NCBI GenBank assembly: GCA_027314915.1
Contig: DAHUZZ010000006.1
Location: forward strand, 23,869-87,868
Origin: Thermoplasmata archaeon
Lineage (GTDB): Archaea > Thermoplasmatota > Thermoplasmata > Lutacidiplasmatales > UBA184
Length of the DNA stretch: 64,000 nucleotides
Reading direction: 5' to 3'
The notes below the pieces were generated by a model, which was not told where the DNA came from, made no database searches, and saw only the letters and a program-made list of their open reading frames with translations. The position numbers and the translations under genes were made by a program. Positions 35,795-45,542 of the stretch are shown here, in pieces. Position 1 is the stretch's first letter; every line of letters starts with the position of its first letter.

Positions 35795-36694
35795 CTACAG
35801 GAACTCCTTGAGGAGATCTTCCCGGCCCTTGAGCCCCGAGGGCTGCTTCGTGAGCGGTCCCGCGGCGAGGACCTCCTCGAGGTCCTCGTAGGTGGGCCGG
35901 TCGGTCTTGTAAAAGAGCCCGATCGGGATCTTGTCGCCCCACTCGAGCGCCCTCTGCCAGGCCAGCTGGAGGTTCGTGGGGTCGTGCCCCGAGCCCTCGA
36001 GCTTGTAGATCCGCTGGCGGAACCAGTCGAACGTGTTGAGCTTGTTGTAGGTGACGCAGGGGCTCAGCGCATCGACGAAGGCGAACCCCTTGTGCTGGAT
36101 GCCGTTCGCCACGAGCTCGGCCATGTGCTTCACGTCGCCGGAGAAGCCGCGCGCCACGTACGTCGCTCCGCTCGCGAGCGCGAGCGCGATGGGATCGATG
36201 GGGTTCTCGATGACCCCGGTCGGGGTGGACTTCGTCTTGTGCCCCATCATCGAGGTGGGCGAGGCCTGGCCCGTCGTGAGGCCGTAGATCTGGTTGTCCA
36301 TGGTGACGTAGGTCATGTCGACGTTCCGTCGCATGGTGTGGACGAAGTGCCCCGCGCCGATCCCGAACCCGTCCCCGTCGCCCCCGGTCGCGATGACGGT
36401 GAGGCCGTGGTTCGCCCAGCGGACCCCCTCGGCGACGGGCAGCGCCCGCCCGTGGATGCCGTGGAAGCCGTAGGAGGAGAGGAAGTGGGGGAGGTTCGAC
36501 GAGCAGCCGATCCCGCTCACGATCACGACGTCGTGCGAGGGGATCTGGAGCCGCTTGACCGCCATCTCGACGGCCGCGACCACGCCGAAGTCGCCGCAGC
36601 CCGGGCACCAGGTGGGCTTGGTGTCGGACTTGCCCACGACCATCTTGAGGGTCGTACCGGCCGTCGGATGGGCGGCGGTCGCGCTACCGGCCAT
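35795..36694 (-). CDS. 2-oxoacid:ferredoxin oxidoreductase beta subunit
   Basis: WCPGCGDF, SGIGCSS, HGRALP, TPP motif GGDGD, NQIYGLTTGQASPT, SPCVTYN. Confidence 0.95.
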   Translation of the reverse strand: MAGSATAAHPTAGTTLKMVVGKSDTKPTWCPGCGDFGVVAAVEMAVKRLQIPSHDVVIVSGIGCSSNLPHFLSSYGFHGIHGRALPVAEGVRWANHGLTVIATGGDGDGFGIGAGHFVHTMRRNVDMTYVTMDNQIYGLTTGQASPTSMMGHKTKSTPTGVIENPIDPIALALASGATYVARGFSGDVKHMAELVANGIQHKGFAFVDALSPCVTYNKLNTFDWFRQRIYKLEGSGHDPTNLQLAWQRALEWGDKIPIGLFYKTDRPTYEDLEEVLAAGPLTKQPSGLKGREDLLKEFL

Positions 36695-38435
36695 GGCTCA
36701 GCACCTCCGTGGCGCGTCCTACGATCTCCATCGGATAGAAAGGTTCCCCGTCGAACTTGAGCAGCCGCTCGGTCAGGTGGATCCCCGTCTCGGCCCGGAT
36801 CAGGCGGCCGAGCTGCCCGGAGAAGTTCGCCTCCACCAGCAGGGTGCGCTTCGCGGAGCCCAGGAGCCGGCCCAGCTCCGCCGCGTGGATGGGATAGACG
36901 GTGGGGAGGTGGATGAGGTTCGTCGCGACCCCCCGCGCGGCGAGCAGCGCCATCGCGTCCCGGACCGCGCCCACGGTGGAGCCCCACGCCACGAAGGACA
37001 GCTCCGCCGAGGGCGGCCCGAGGATCTGGGGGAGCTCGGTCGCCTGCGCGAGGCCGTCGAGCTTGCGCATCCGCTTCGACATCATCTTCGTCCGCTCGGC
37101 GACCCAGATGGGCACCCCCGACTTGACGTCGGAGATCAGGTGCCCCTTCTCGTCGTGCTCGTCGGATCCGCTCACGTAGTTCAGGCCGGGCTGGCCGGGG
37201 AACGAGCGCGGCGAGACGCCGCTCGGGGTGTAGCGGTAGCGGAGGTACTCCCCGCCGTTCGGCTCGACCGTGTAGAGGCTCGGGATGTCGACGTTGAGGT
37301 CGAGCTCGCCCGGATCGACCGTCGCGTAGCTCTCCGAGAGGTGGAGGTCGCTCGCCACCAGGATGGGCGTCTGCCACGCCTCGGCGAGCTCGAAGGCCCG
37401 GATCGTCGCACGGAAGGCGTCGACCGGATGGGTCGGCGCGAGGATCGCGCGGGGGAACTCGCCCTGCCCGGCCCCGAGCATCAGGTTGAGGTCGCCCTGC
37501 TCCGTCTTCGTCGGGAGGCCCGTCGAGGGGCCGCATCGCTGCGACTCGACGACGACCAGGGGGATCTCCGCCATCCCGGCCATGCCGAGCGCCTCGACCA
37601 TGAGGGAGAATCCGCCGCCGCTCGTCGCGGTCATGCTGCGGACCCCGCCGAAGGAGGCGCCGATCGCCATGTTGATCGCGGCGAGCTCGTCCTCCGCCTG
37701 CTTCACGACCACGCCGACCTGGTGGGAGTGCGCCGCCATCCAGTGCATGATCGAGGAGGCCGGCGTCATGGGGTACTGGGAGAGGAACTTGCACCCGGCG
37801 GCCGCGGCCCCGAGCGCGATGGCCTGGTTGCCGGCCATGAGGTACTTGGGCGGGCCCGCGGGGGCGACCGCCGATCCGACCGGGGCGCCGTGCTGCTGGG
37901 CATACCGGTACCCCTCGCCGGCGCCGTTCACGTTCCAGTCGACCACGTCGCCCTTCTTGGTGCCGAAGGAGTCGGCGATCGTCCGCTGGATCACCTCGAG
38001 CGGGATGCCGGCGAGGAAGCTCACGGCCCCCAGGCCGGCCGCGTTCTGGAGGATCGGCTGGGAGGTGAACTTGCGCGCGACCGCCAGCGTCGGGACCGAG
38101 AGCGCCCGCGTGCCGACGGGCAGTTCCGAGTCCGCGACGGTGAAGTTCTCCGGGTCGTAGACGAGGACGCCGCCGCGCCGCAGGGAGGGGAGGTGGATCT
38201 GCGCGGTCTCCTTGTTGAGCGCGTAGAGGATGTCGCACCCGTCCCCCTGGGAGTAGACGCGCTCCTTCGCCGCGCGCGCCTGGAACCATACGTGGCCGCC
38301 CCGGATGACCGATTGGTAGGCGTTGAAACCGAAGACGTGGAGCCCCATCCGCGAGAGGCACTTGCTGAGCGTCTCGCCGATCGAAGCGATGCCGTCCCCG
38401 GCGGCGCCGCCGCTCCGGATCGCGATCTCTTCCAT
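36684..38435 (-). CDS. 2-oxoacid:ferredoxin oxidoreductase alpha subunit (gamma-alpha fusion)
   Basis: GGAAGDG, IRGGH, YPMTPAS, EDELAA, TSGGGFSLM, GPSTGLPTKTEQGD. Start at the ATG at 38435. Confidence 0.95.
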   Translation of the reverse strand: MEEIAIRSGGAAGDGIASIGETLSKCLSRMGLHVFGFNAYQSVIRGGHVWFQARAAKERVYSQGDGCDILYALNKETAQIHLPSLRRGGVLVYDPENFTVADSELPVGTRALSVPTLAVARKFTSQPILQNAAGLGAVSFLAGIPLEVIQRTIADSFGTKKGDVVDWNVNGAGEGYRYAQQHGAPVGSAVAPAGPPKYLMAGNQAIALGAAAAGCKFLSQYPMTPASSIMHWMAAHSHQVGVVVKQAEDELAAINMAIGASFGGVRSMTATSGGGFSLMVEALGMAGMAEIPLVVVESQRCGPSTGLPTKTEQGDLNLMLGAGQGEFPRAILAPTHPVDAFRATIRAFELAEAWQTPILVASDLHLSESYATVDPGELDLNVDIPSLYTVEPNGGEYLRYRYTPSGVSPRSFPGQPGLNYVSGSDEHDEKGHLISDVKSGVPIWVAERTKMMSKRMRKLDGLAQATELPQILGPPSAELSFVAWGSTVGAVRDAMALLAARGVATNLIHLPTVYPIHAAELGRLLGSAKRTLLVEANFSGQLGRLIRAETGIHLTERLLKFDGEPFYPMEIVGRATEVLSHGR

Positions 38436-38561
38436 CGGAGCGCGGCGAGCGAGCCGCGATATTAGGCGTTTCCGGCCGCCGAGAACCGCCCGGGTCGGAT
38501 CGGTGTCGCGGGCCCGACAGGAAGGTAAAGGAGATGAGCCGCGGCCGGTACCGAACCGGGC

Positions 38562-38819
38562 GTGACGGCCCCGGTGCGCGTCCTCCTCTTCGCCTCGGCG
38601 CGCACGGCGGTGAACTCCGCCCGGATCGAGCGGAAGGTCCCCGAGCGCGGGCTCCCCGTCCGGCAGTTCCTCGACGAGCTCGTGCGCGACTACCCGGCGC
38701 TCCGACCCGTGACGGAGGTGGCGCGCTTCGTCCGGAACGGGGAGTACCTCATGGGCACCCGCGGCCGGATCGGACCGGGTGACGAGCTCGCGATCCATCC
38801 ACCGTACAGCGGGGGCTGA
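38562..38819 (+). CDS. moaD: MoaD/ThiS-family ubiquitin-like sulfur carrier (SAMP-like)
   Basis: V.LFASAR N-terminus, GDELAIHPP, C-terminal SGG. Confidence 0.88.
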   Translation: MTAPVRVLLFASARTAVNSARIERKVPERGLPVRQFLDELVRDYPALRPVTEVARFVRNGEYLMGTRGRIGPGDELAIHPPYSGG

Positions 38820-38821
38820 CC

Positions 38822-39262
38822 GTGGAGGTACGGGTCGGCCCGCGACCGCTCTCCCTGGCCGCGGCGTACCGCGAGCTCGACGATCCCCACTCGGGCGGCG
38901 TCGTCCTGTTCGCCGGGCGCGTCCGGGCCGGCCCGATGCCCCGCGGTCCGCCGGGCCCGCTCTCCTCGCTCGAGTACGAGGCCCACGCGCCGCTCGCCGA
39001 GGCCTCCCTCCGGAGCCTGGGCGCGGCCGCGCGCCAGCGATTCGGCGTGCGCGGGCTCGTGCTCTGGCACCGCACGGGCGTCCTCGGGATCGGGACGATC
39101 TCGCTTATCGTCGGCGTGGCCGCGCCGCACCGGGAGAGCGCGTTCCGGGCCGCGCGCTGGCTGATCTCGGAGCTGAAGAGGACGGCCCCGATCTGGAAGA
39201 CGGAGCGAGCGCGATCCGGGCGTCGGCCGCCACGACCCCCTGGCCCTCGGGTCGGACGATGA
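38822..39262 (+). CDS. moaE: Molybdopterin synthase catalytic subunit
   Basis: GGVVLFAGRVR, LEYEAH, HRTG, APHR..AF, LKRTAPIWK. Confidence 0.9.
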   Translation: MEVRVGPRPLSLAAAYRELDDPHSGGVVLFAGRVRAGPMPRGPPGPLSSLEYEAHAPLAEASLRSLGAAARQRFGVRGLVLWHRTGVLGIGTISLIVGVAAPHRESAFRAARWLISELKRTAPIWKTERARSGRRPPRPPGPRVGR

Positions 39263-41330
39263 GCGGGTTGATGTCGAGCTCGGCGATCTCGGGCAGCTCG
39301 ACCGCGAGCTGGCTCAGCCGCTCGATGGCCTCGTAGAGCGCCTCGAGATCGCTCGCCGCCTCGCCCCGGACCCCCGAGAGGAGCGGGAAGGACCGGACGG
39401 AGTGCACCATGTTCCGGGCCGAGAGCGGCCGGATCGGGGCGAGCCGGAACGTCACGTCCTGGAGCACCTCGACGTAGATGCCCCCCATCCCGAAGGCGAG
39501 GATGGGGCCGAAGGCCGGGTCCCGCTGCACGCCGAGCAGCACCTCCTTGCCGGCGGGGATCATCTGCTCGACCTGGAACCCCTCGATCCGCGCGTTCGGG
39601 ACCCGCTCGGAAAGCGTGGCCCCCATGCGCGAAAAGGCGTTCCGGAGCTCGTCGTCGCTCCCGAGGCCGAGCGCCACCCCGCCCGCATCGGTCTTGTGCG
39701 AGATGTCCGGCGAGGCCACCTTGAGCACGACCGGGTAGCCGATCTCGCGGGCCGCCGCCACGACCGAATCCACGTCCCGGCCGTGGACGGTGCGACCCTC
39801 GGGGAGCCGGAAGCCGTAGGCGGCCAGGACGCGCCGGGCGGCGTACTCGGGCAGGACCGTCGTGCCGGCCCGTCGGGCGGCCCCCAGGAGCCGGCGGGCG
39901 GTGGCGGTGTCGGCCGGGTAGTGCCGGCCCTTCATGCGGAGACGGGTGGACCACGCCCGGTAGCGGGCGAGGCTCGCGAACGCCTGGACCGCCTCCTCGG
40001 GGAAGGTGAACGACGGGACTCCCATGCCCTCGAGGAACGTCACCTCCTGGGAGAGATCGGTGAGCCCGAACAGGCAGGCGATCACCGGTTTGCGGTAGCG
40101 CACCCGGGCGGCCGCCATCGCCTCCGCGACGGCCCGCGCGGGCGTCTCGCCGGTGGGGGTCGCGATGACCAGCGCCCCGTCGTAGTCCTTCCCGCCCAGG
40201 AGGGCCGCGAGCGCCGCCTCGTACTGGGGCGCCTTGGCGTCGGCGGTCATGTCGAGCGGGTTCGAGAGGGTCGCGGACGGGGAGAGCCGGCGGGCGAGCC
40301 GGGTGCGGTCCGCCTCGGGGAGCGGGGGAAGCTCCAGCCGGGAGCGCGCGCAGGCATCCGCCGCCACGATGCCCGGTCCGCCGGAGTTCGTGAGGATGGC
40401 GAGGCGGGGGCCCTCGAGCGTGAGGCCGTAGCTGAAGATCTTGGCCATCCGGAAGAGCTCGCCGATGGTGTCGGCCCGCAGCACGCCGGACTGCTCGAAC
40501 AGGGCATCGAACAGCCGGTCCTGGCCGGAACGCGCGAGGGAGCCCGTGTGGCTGCGCGCGGCCCGCTCGCCCATCGGGGAGCGGCCGCTCTTGATCACGA
40601 GGACCGGCTTGTGCTCGGTGACCTCCCGGGCGGTCTCGAGGAACCCCCGGCCGTCCGCCAGGCTCTCGATGTAGAGCAGGATCACCTTCGTCGCCGGGTC
40701 CGCCCCCAGCGAGCGGAGGAGGTCGTTCTCGTCGACGCCGGCCCGGTTGCCCACGGAAAGGAACCGCGAGAAGCCCAGCCGCTCGGCGATGCCGTACTTG
40801 AGGATCCCCGCGCAGAGCGCGCCGCTCTGGGAGACGAAGGCGATGTTGCCGCGGGGCGGGGGCGAATCGGAGAAGGTCGCGTTGAGGGCGATCTCGGGGT
40901 CGTTGTTGATCACGCCGAAGCAGTTCGGGCCGATGATCGACATCCGGTACTTCTGGCCGATGCGCCGCAGCTCGGCCTCGCGCGCGATCCCCTCGCCGCC
41001 CACCTCCGCGAAGCCGGCGGAGATCACCACGATCCCCTTCGTGCCGCGCCGGCCGAGTTTCTCCGCGACCCGCGCGACGGCCGCGGCGGGGACGATCACC
41101 ACGCCCAGGTCCGGGACCTCCGGCAGGTCGTCGACCGTGCGGTAGCACCGCACGCCGGAGACGCTCGTCCAGGAGGGGTTGACGGGGTAGGCGACGCCGC
41201 GGTAGCCGCCGGTCAGGAGGTTCCGGAAGAGGCTCTCCCCGACGGTGCCGGGGCGGTTCGAGGCGCCGATGACCGCGATCGACCGGGGCTCGAACAGCTC
41301 GCCGAGCGCCGGATCCCGCCCGACGACCAT
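39105..41330 (-). CDS. ADP-forming acyl-CoA synthetase (ACD, alpha-beta fusion)
   Basis: LFEPRSIAVIGAS, GPNCFG, SQSGA, catalytic SHTGSL, NPLD, ATP-grasp HKTDAGGV and DINPL-like segment. Start at the ATG at 41330. Confidence 0.92.
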   Translation of the reverse strand: MVVGRDPALGELFEPRSIAVIGASNRPGTVGESLFRNLLTGGYRGVAYPVNPSWTSVSGVRCYRTVDDLPEVPDLGVVIVPAAAVARVAEKLGRRGTKGIVVISAGFAEVGGEGIAREAELRRIGQKYRMSIIGPNCFGVINNDPEIALNATFSDSPPPRGNIAFVSQSGALCAGILKYGIAERLGFSRFLSVGNRAGVDENDLLRSLGADPATKVILLYIESLADGRGFLETAREVTEHKPVLVIKSGRSPMGERAARSHTGSLARSGQDRLFDALFEQSGVLRADTIGELFRMAKIFSYGLTLEGPRLAILTNSGGPGIVAADACARSRLELPPLPEADRTRLARRLSPSATLSNPLDMTADAKAPQYEAALAALLGGKDYDGALVIATPTGETPARAVAEAMAAARVRYRKPVIACLFGLTDLSQEVTFLEGMGVPSFTFPEEAVQAFASLARYRAWSTRLRMKGRHYPADTATARRLLGAARRAGTTVLPEYAARRVLAAYGFRLPEGRTVHGRDVDSVVAAAREIGYPVVLKVASPDISHKTDAGGVALGLGSDDELRNAFSRMGATLSERVPNARIEGFQVEQMIPAGKEVLLGVQRDPAFGPILAFGMGGIYVEVLQDVTFRLAPIRPLSARNMVHSVRSFPLLSGVRGEAASDLEALYEAIERLSQLAVELPEIAELDINPLIVRPEGQGVVAADARIALAPSSRSGPSSSAPRSASARPGTRSPGAARPRRR

Positions 41331-41368
41331 CCCCTCATGCCTCCGGCAGCGCGCGACGTGCCCGGGCG

Positions 41369-41375
41369 TTATATA
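41369..41375. promoter_or_regulatory. TATA element (TTATATA) between the divergent acd and mrp genes
   Basis: AT-rich element 25-40 nt from both start codons in a 69-nt intergenic gap. Confidence 0.55.
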
Positions 41376-41399
41376 GAGTCGGGAGGTCCGAATTGACCC

Positions 41400-42251
41400 A
41401 TGACCGCGGACCCGTCGCCGTCGGAGGGCCGACCCACCTCCCGGCCGGCGCGCCCGGGCGGCCCGCTCCAGCGGATGGAGAAGGGCCCGATCCGTCACGT
41501 GGTGGCCGTCGGGAGCGGCAAGGGCGGCGTCGGGAAGAGCTCGGTGACCTCGCTCCTCGCCGCGGAGCTCCGGCGACGGGACCTCACGGTCGGGGTGCTC
41601 GACGCGGACGTGACCGGGCCGTCGGTCCCGAAGCTCCTCGGCGTCTCCGGCCCGCTCTTCGACAAGGGCGAGGGGATCGAGCCGGCGAAGACCCGGAACG
41701 GCATCTCGGTCATCTCCTCCCAGTTCCTGGTCGAGGAGGAGCAGACGCCGGTCATCTGGCGGGGTCCGCTCGTGACGCGGCTCATCCTCCAGTTCTTCGG
41801 CGGGGTCAACTGGGGCCCCCTCGACTACCTGCTGCTCGACATGCCCCCGGGCACCAGCGACGTGCCGCTGACCGTCTTCCAGTCGATCCCCATCGACGGG
41901 ATGGTCTTCGTGTTCTCGCCCCAGGAGCTCGCGGCGCTCATCGTCCGCAAGGCGATGAACATGGCCCGCGACCTCCACGTCCCGCTGCTCGGGATCGTCG
42001 AGAACCTCGCCTACCTCGACTGCCCGCACTGCACGACCCGGATCGAACCGTTCGGCCCGAGCCGGGTCGCGGCGATCGCGGAGGAGTACGGCGTGCCGCT
42101 GCTCGCGCGGATGCCCATCGACCCCGCCGTCTCGGTCCGCGGCGACGCGGGCGAGCTCACCGACCTCTCCACGGCCGCGGTCACCGCGCTCGGCGACGCC
42201 TTCCTCGCCGCGATCACGTCGGCGGAGAAGCGCCAGCTGACGGTGCTGTAG
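41400..42251 (+). CDS. mrp: Mrp/NBP35 family ATPase (Fe-S cluster carrier)
   Basis: GKGGVGKS, LDADVTGPS, WRGP, DMPPGTSD, CPHC. Confidence 0.92.
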   Translation: MTADPSPSEGRPTSRPARPGGPLQRMEKGPIRHVVAVGSGKGGVGKSSVTSLLAAELRRRDLTVGVLDADVTGPSVPKLLGVSGPLFDKGEGIEPAKTRNGISVISSQFLVEEEQTPVIWRGPLVTRLILQFFGGVNWGPLDYLLLDMPPGTSDVPLTVFQSIPIDGMVFVFSPQELAALIVRKAMNMARDLHVPLLGIVENLAYLDCPHCTTRIEPFGPSRVAAIAEEYGVPLLARMPIDPAVSVRGDAGELTDLSTAAVTALGDAFLAAITSAEKRQLTVL

Positions 42252-42921
42252 CCCGGAGCTTCGCGAGCGGGATCCGCTCCGACGGGATCCCGAGGCGGCC
42301 GAGCGACTCCGCGAGCCCGGGGAGGTGCGCGTCCCCCACGACGACCGCGAGCCGGCCGTACCCGTGGCTCCTCAGCTCCGCGAGCCGGGCGGCCATGTGC
42401 TCGTTCCGCTCGTCGAGGAGGACGTGGGCGACGCCGGGGAACTGGGCCCGCATCTCCGTGAGGAGCTCGGCGGGCGCCTCCTCGTAGGCCCCGATCTGCG
42501 CGCGGACCACGCCCGACGGGACGAACAGCCCGACGAGGCTCCCCACGAGCAGGCTCAGCCGCTCGCGCATCGAGAGCGACCGGACCATCCGGCCGATCGT
42601 CTCCCGGATCGGATCGTCGATGAGGAAGAGCGGGAGCTGCCACTCGCGGGCGAGCAGGGCCGCCGTCCGCATCTCCGCGCCGGCGCCCTCCCCGAGCTCC
42701 TCCCCGAGCCGGCGCTGGAGCACGCTCCAGAGCCGGAGGAAGAAGGGGCCGCCCCCGCCCCGCGGACGCGCCGCGCCCCCCTCGGGCAGGAGGATCGCGG
42801 CGCGCTCGGCGTCGAGCTCCACCGCGATCCCCTGGAGGTCGCGGCCGGAGAGCGCGCGACGCAGCGGCCCGGCGAGGTCCACCACGTGCGCGGTGCCGAC
42901 GAGGAGCACCGGGCGCTCCAT
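42214..42921 (-). CDS. TraB/PrgY/GumN family protein
   Basis: LVGTAHV, AVELD, LIDD, LLDERNEHM, VVGDAH. Confidence 0.85.
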   Translation of the reverse strand: MERPVLLVGTAHVVDLAGPLRRALSGRDLQGIAVELDAERAAILLPEGGAARPRGGGGPFFLRLWSVLQRRLGEELGEGAGAEMRTAALLAREWQLPLFLIDDPIRETIGRMVRSLSMRERLSLLVGSLVGLFVPSGVVRAQIGAYEEAPAELLTEMRAQFPGVAHVLLDERNEHMAARLAELRSHGYGRLAVVVGDAHLPGLAESLGRLGIPSERIPLAKLRATAPSAGASPPT

Positions 42922-43034
42922 CGTGGAGGCGTACAAGGGGTTGGGGAGCGTCACCGGGGGTATCTCGGTTGCGCGGCCCCGGGCGGGGCCCGCAACCTCA
43001 AAATACGCGGCGCGGGTGAAATCTCCGCCGCATC

Positions 43035-43334
43035 ATGACGTGGACCCTCTACCTCGTGCCCAACTCGAAGCGCGCCGAGCTCGACACCGTGCTCAAGGAC
43101 GACCAGCTGTCCCGGCAGAGCCAGAAGCTCCGCGACGCCGCCGCGATGGGCGGGCCGGCCGGCGAGACCTACGTCCTGCTGGAAGGCTCCGCGGAGGCGA
43201 TCCAGCGGGGCGAGGGGCTGCTGGGCCCCCTCGGCGCGAAGCTCTCGGGCGCGGACGGCGAGACCCTCTATCGGAAGTTCAAGGACGAGGAGGAGGCCGC
43301 CTCCGCCGGCATGGGCCTCTTCTTCACGGAGTAG
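43035..43334 (+). CDS. Small hypothetical protein
   Basis: 99-aa ATG ORF with strongly biased codon usage and globular composition. Confidence 0.75.
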   Translation: MTWTLYLVPNSKRAELDTVLKDDQLSRQSQKLRDAAAMGGPAGETYVLLEGSAEAIQRGEGLLGPLGAKLSGADGETLYRKFKDEEEAASAGMGLFFTE

Positions 43335-43355
43335 GGCCGGACCCGGGCCCTCCGG

Positions 43356-44435
43356 TCAGGTCCCGCGCCCGGCGCCCGCGGGCCGCGGCACGCCGTCGGG
43401 GAGGATCACGCCCCCGCTCGGCCCCCCGGCCACGAGGGGGCGGCCGAACTGCCAGGGGATGAGCTGGCGCAGCGCGCCCGCCGGGGCCCGGACGATCTCG
43501 ATCTTCCGGAGCACCGAACGGAGGTTCGCGAGGATCGGCCGGTCGGGGCCGCGCCGGCGGGCGGGCGAGGCGAGGGCGCCGAACAGGACCCGCTCGGCAT
43601 CCCACCCGAAGAGGAAGGGCGCGGTGCCGGCATGGCGGTACAGCTGGAGGAGCAGGGACCGGACGGCCACGGGGTCCGAATGGAGACCGGTGACGAGGAC
43701 CTCGTCGAGCCCGGGCATCTCGGACACGGGCGGCAGGGCCTCCGGGTTCAGGAAGCAGCGGCGGCGGAGGAGCCCCTCGAGCTGGAGCTTCCGCTCCCAG
43801 CGCCGCTGGCGGATCGCGGCCCACGGGCCCCCGCCCGCGCGCGGCTCCTTCGCGTCGGTCCGCTCACCCAGGGCGCGGTGGAACGCCTGCCGGGCCGTCC
43901 CGCTCCCGAGCGCGGGCCGTTCCGCGGAGTCGGCCAAGAGGAACTCCCAGGGCTGGGGGTAGGAGATGGGGGGCCGCCCGAGCACCGAGCCCGCCCAGGC
44001 CCCCTCGAAGTCGAAGAACGCGGGCAGCCCCCCCGAGCTCGCCGTGACCGTCACCGTCGCCTCGGCGCGCAGCCGCGCCGGGGCGAGCGGTCGGGGCGGG
44101 GGCCCCGAGGCGCGGTCGGCATGGACGGAGAGGACCGCGCCGGGCAGCTCCCACGCGACGACGGAAGAGGGATCCTCCTCGACCTCCCTCGCGATCCCGG
44201 CGTGATGCTCGGCGTAGGGCTGGAGCAGCCGGAGCCGGACCTGGCCGAACTCGGACGGGAGGAGTCCCGGGACCCACCGCTCGCTCACCCATCGCTGGGC
44301 GAGCGCCTTCCGGCGGACCGACTGGTAGGTGGTCCGGGGCGTGCCGGCGCAGCGGATGCGCCCCCGCTCGCCCCCCGGCACCTGGGCGAGGAGGGCGCCG
44401 AGGACCGCGAGCTCCGAGCGGCTCAGGCTCCGCAC
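43356..44435 (-). CDS. Hypothetical protein (possible N-terminal winged-HTH)
   Basis: Long ORF filling the gap between genes; N-terminal SRSELAVLGALL...PRTTYQSVRRK resembles an HTH. Start is uncertain. Confidence 0.55.
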   Translation of the reverse strand: MRSLSRSELAVLGALLAQVPGGERGRIRCAGTPRTTYQSVRRKALAQRWVSERWVPGLLPSEFGQVRLRLLQPYAEHHAGIAREVEEDPSSVVAWELPGAVLSVHADRASGPPPRPLAPARLRAEATVTVTASSGGLPAFFDFEGAWAGSVLGRPPISYPQPWEFLLADSAERPALGSGTARQAFHRALGERTDAKEPRAGGGPWAAIRQRRWERKLQLEGLLRRRCFLNPEALPPVSEMPGLDEVLVTGLHSDPVAVRSLLLQLYRHAGTAPFLFGWDAERVLFGALASPARRRGPDRPILANLRSVLRKIEIVRAPAGALRQLIPWQFGRPLVAGGPSGGVILPDGVPRPAGAGRGT

Positions 44436-44509
44436 GGGGGCCCGAAGGAGGACCGCCTATCACTACCTGCCGTCCGGCGCGCTCCGTTTCGCCCCCTCGA
44501 ACCGGAGCC

Positions 44510-45505
44510 GTGCCTCTTCTACCCGGTCGCCGGTCCCCCCGACGGATGGCGCGTCCCGTGCGCGAGCGCTCCGTTCCACGGTCCCTCCGGGCCGCCGGGG
44601 GCGTCGCCCTGGCCCTCCTCCTCCTCACCTCGGCCGCGGCGGTCGCGGCGCCGACCGCGGACGGGCTTGACCGCAGCGGGTCCGGGCCCTGTGCGCTGCT
44701 CCCGGCGCTCTACCCCGTCCTGGTGAACGGCTCCTCCAACTCGAGCTTCATCACCCTCTACCCGATCGTCGTTCCGATGAACTCCTCGTCCGCCCCGTCC
44801 GTGCCCCCACCGTCCTTCAACGGGACCCTCGGCGTTCCCTGGCCGACCAACCTCTCGACCGCGAACCCCCCGAAGGCGACGGTCGGCGAGGCGCGGGCGG
44901 ACTGGGCGACGATCTGCGGGGGACCGGAGTTCGTGTACCTGAGCGGGCAGGTGTCGGCGTTCGACTTCCAGACCGGAACCACCGCGGACACGCTCACGGG
45001 GAACGTCAGCCTCGTGGTGGGCTTCGGATGGTCCGCGACCTGTCCCGGGGGCAACCTGTTCAACGCCACCAACTCCTCCTCCGCGGGCTCGGTCAACTGG
45101 AGCCACCCCAACTTCACCGGTTCGGGCTGCAGCTACCAGGTGGACTGGTTCGGCAACTTCTACCCGAACGGCACCACCAACGTCTCCGGGCCGTTCGAAC
45201 ACGTCCAGCCCGCATTCTATGGCAGCCCTGCGCCCCCGCCGGGCTTCCCGGGGGGTCCCCCGGGCGGCGGGCTCGGACCCACCGCCTTCCTGGCCGCGGG
45301 CCTGGTGCTGCTCGTCCCGGTCGCGCTCGCGATCGCCCTCGCCCTCGCGATCACGCGGCGGGCCGACCGGGCCCGGGGCGCCAGCGCCCCGGCGCCGTCC
45401 CCCTCCTGGAGCGGACCCCCCGCGCCGGCGCGGCCGGCCCCGCCGGGTCGTACCCCGGAGGAGGCGCCGGCGGCCGAGCCGGATCCGCTCTCCGACCTGC
45501 TGTGA
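44510..45505 (+). CDS. Secreted/membrane-anchored Ser/Thr/Asn-rich surface glycoprotein
   Basis: N-terminal hydrophobic leader, many N-x-S/T sequons, 4 Cys, C-terminal TM followed by RR. Confidence 0.7.
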   Translation: MPLLPGRRSPRRMARPVRERSVPRSLRAAGGVALALLLLTSAAAVAAPTADGLDRSGSGPCALLPALYPVLVNGSSNSSFITLYPIVVPMNSSSAPSVPPPSFNGTLGVPWPTNLSTANPPKATVGEARADWATICGGPEFVYLSGQVSAFDFQTGTTADTLTGNVSLVVGFGWSATCPGGNLFNATNSSSAGSVNWSHPNFTGSGCSYQVDWFGNFYPNGTTNVSGPFEHVQPAFYGSPAPPPGFPGGPPGGGLGPTAFLAAGLVLLVPVALAIALALAITRRADRARGASAPAPSPSWSGPPAPARPAPPGRTPEEAPAAEPDPLSDLL

Positions 45506-45542
45506 CCGGGCGCGCGGCCGGGGACCGCGGACGGGGTCGGTA

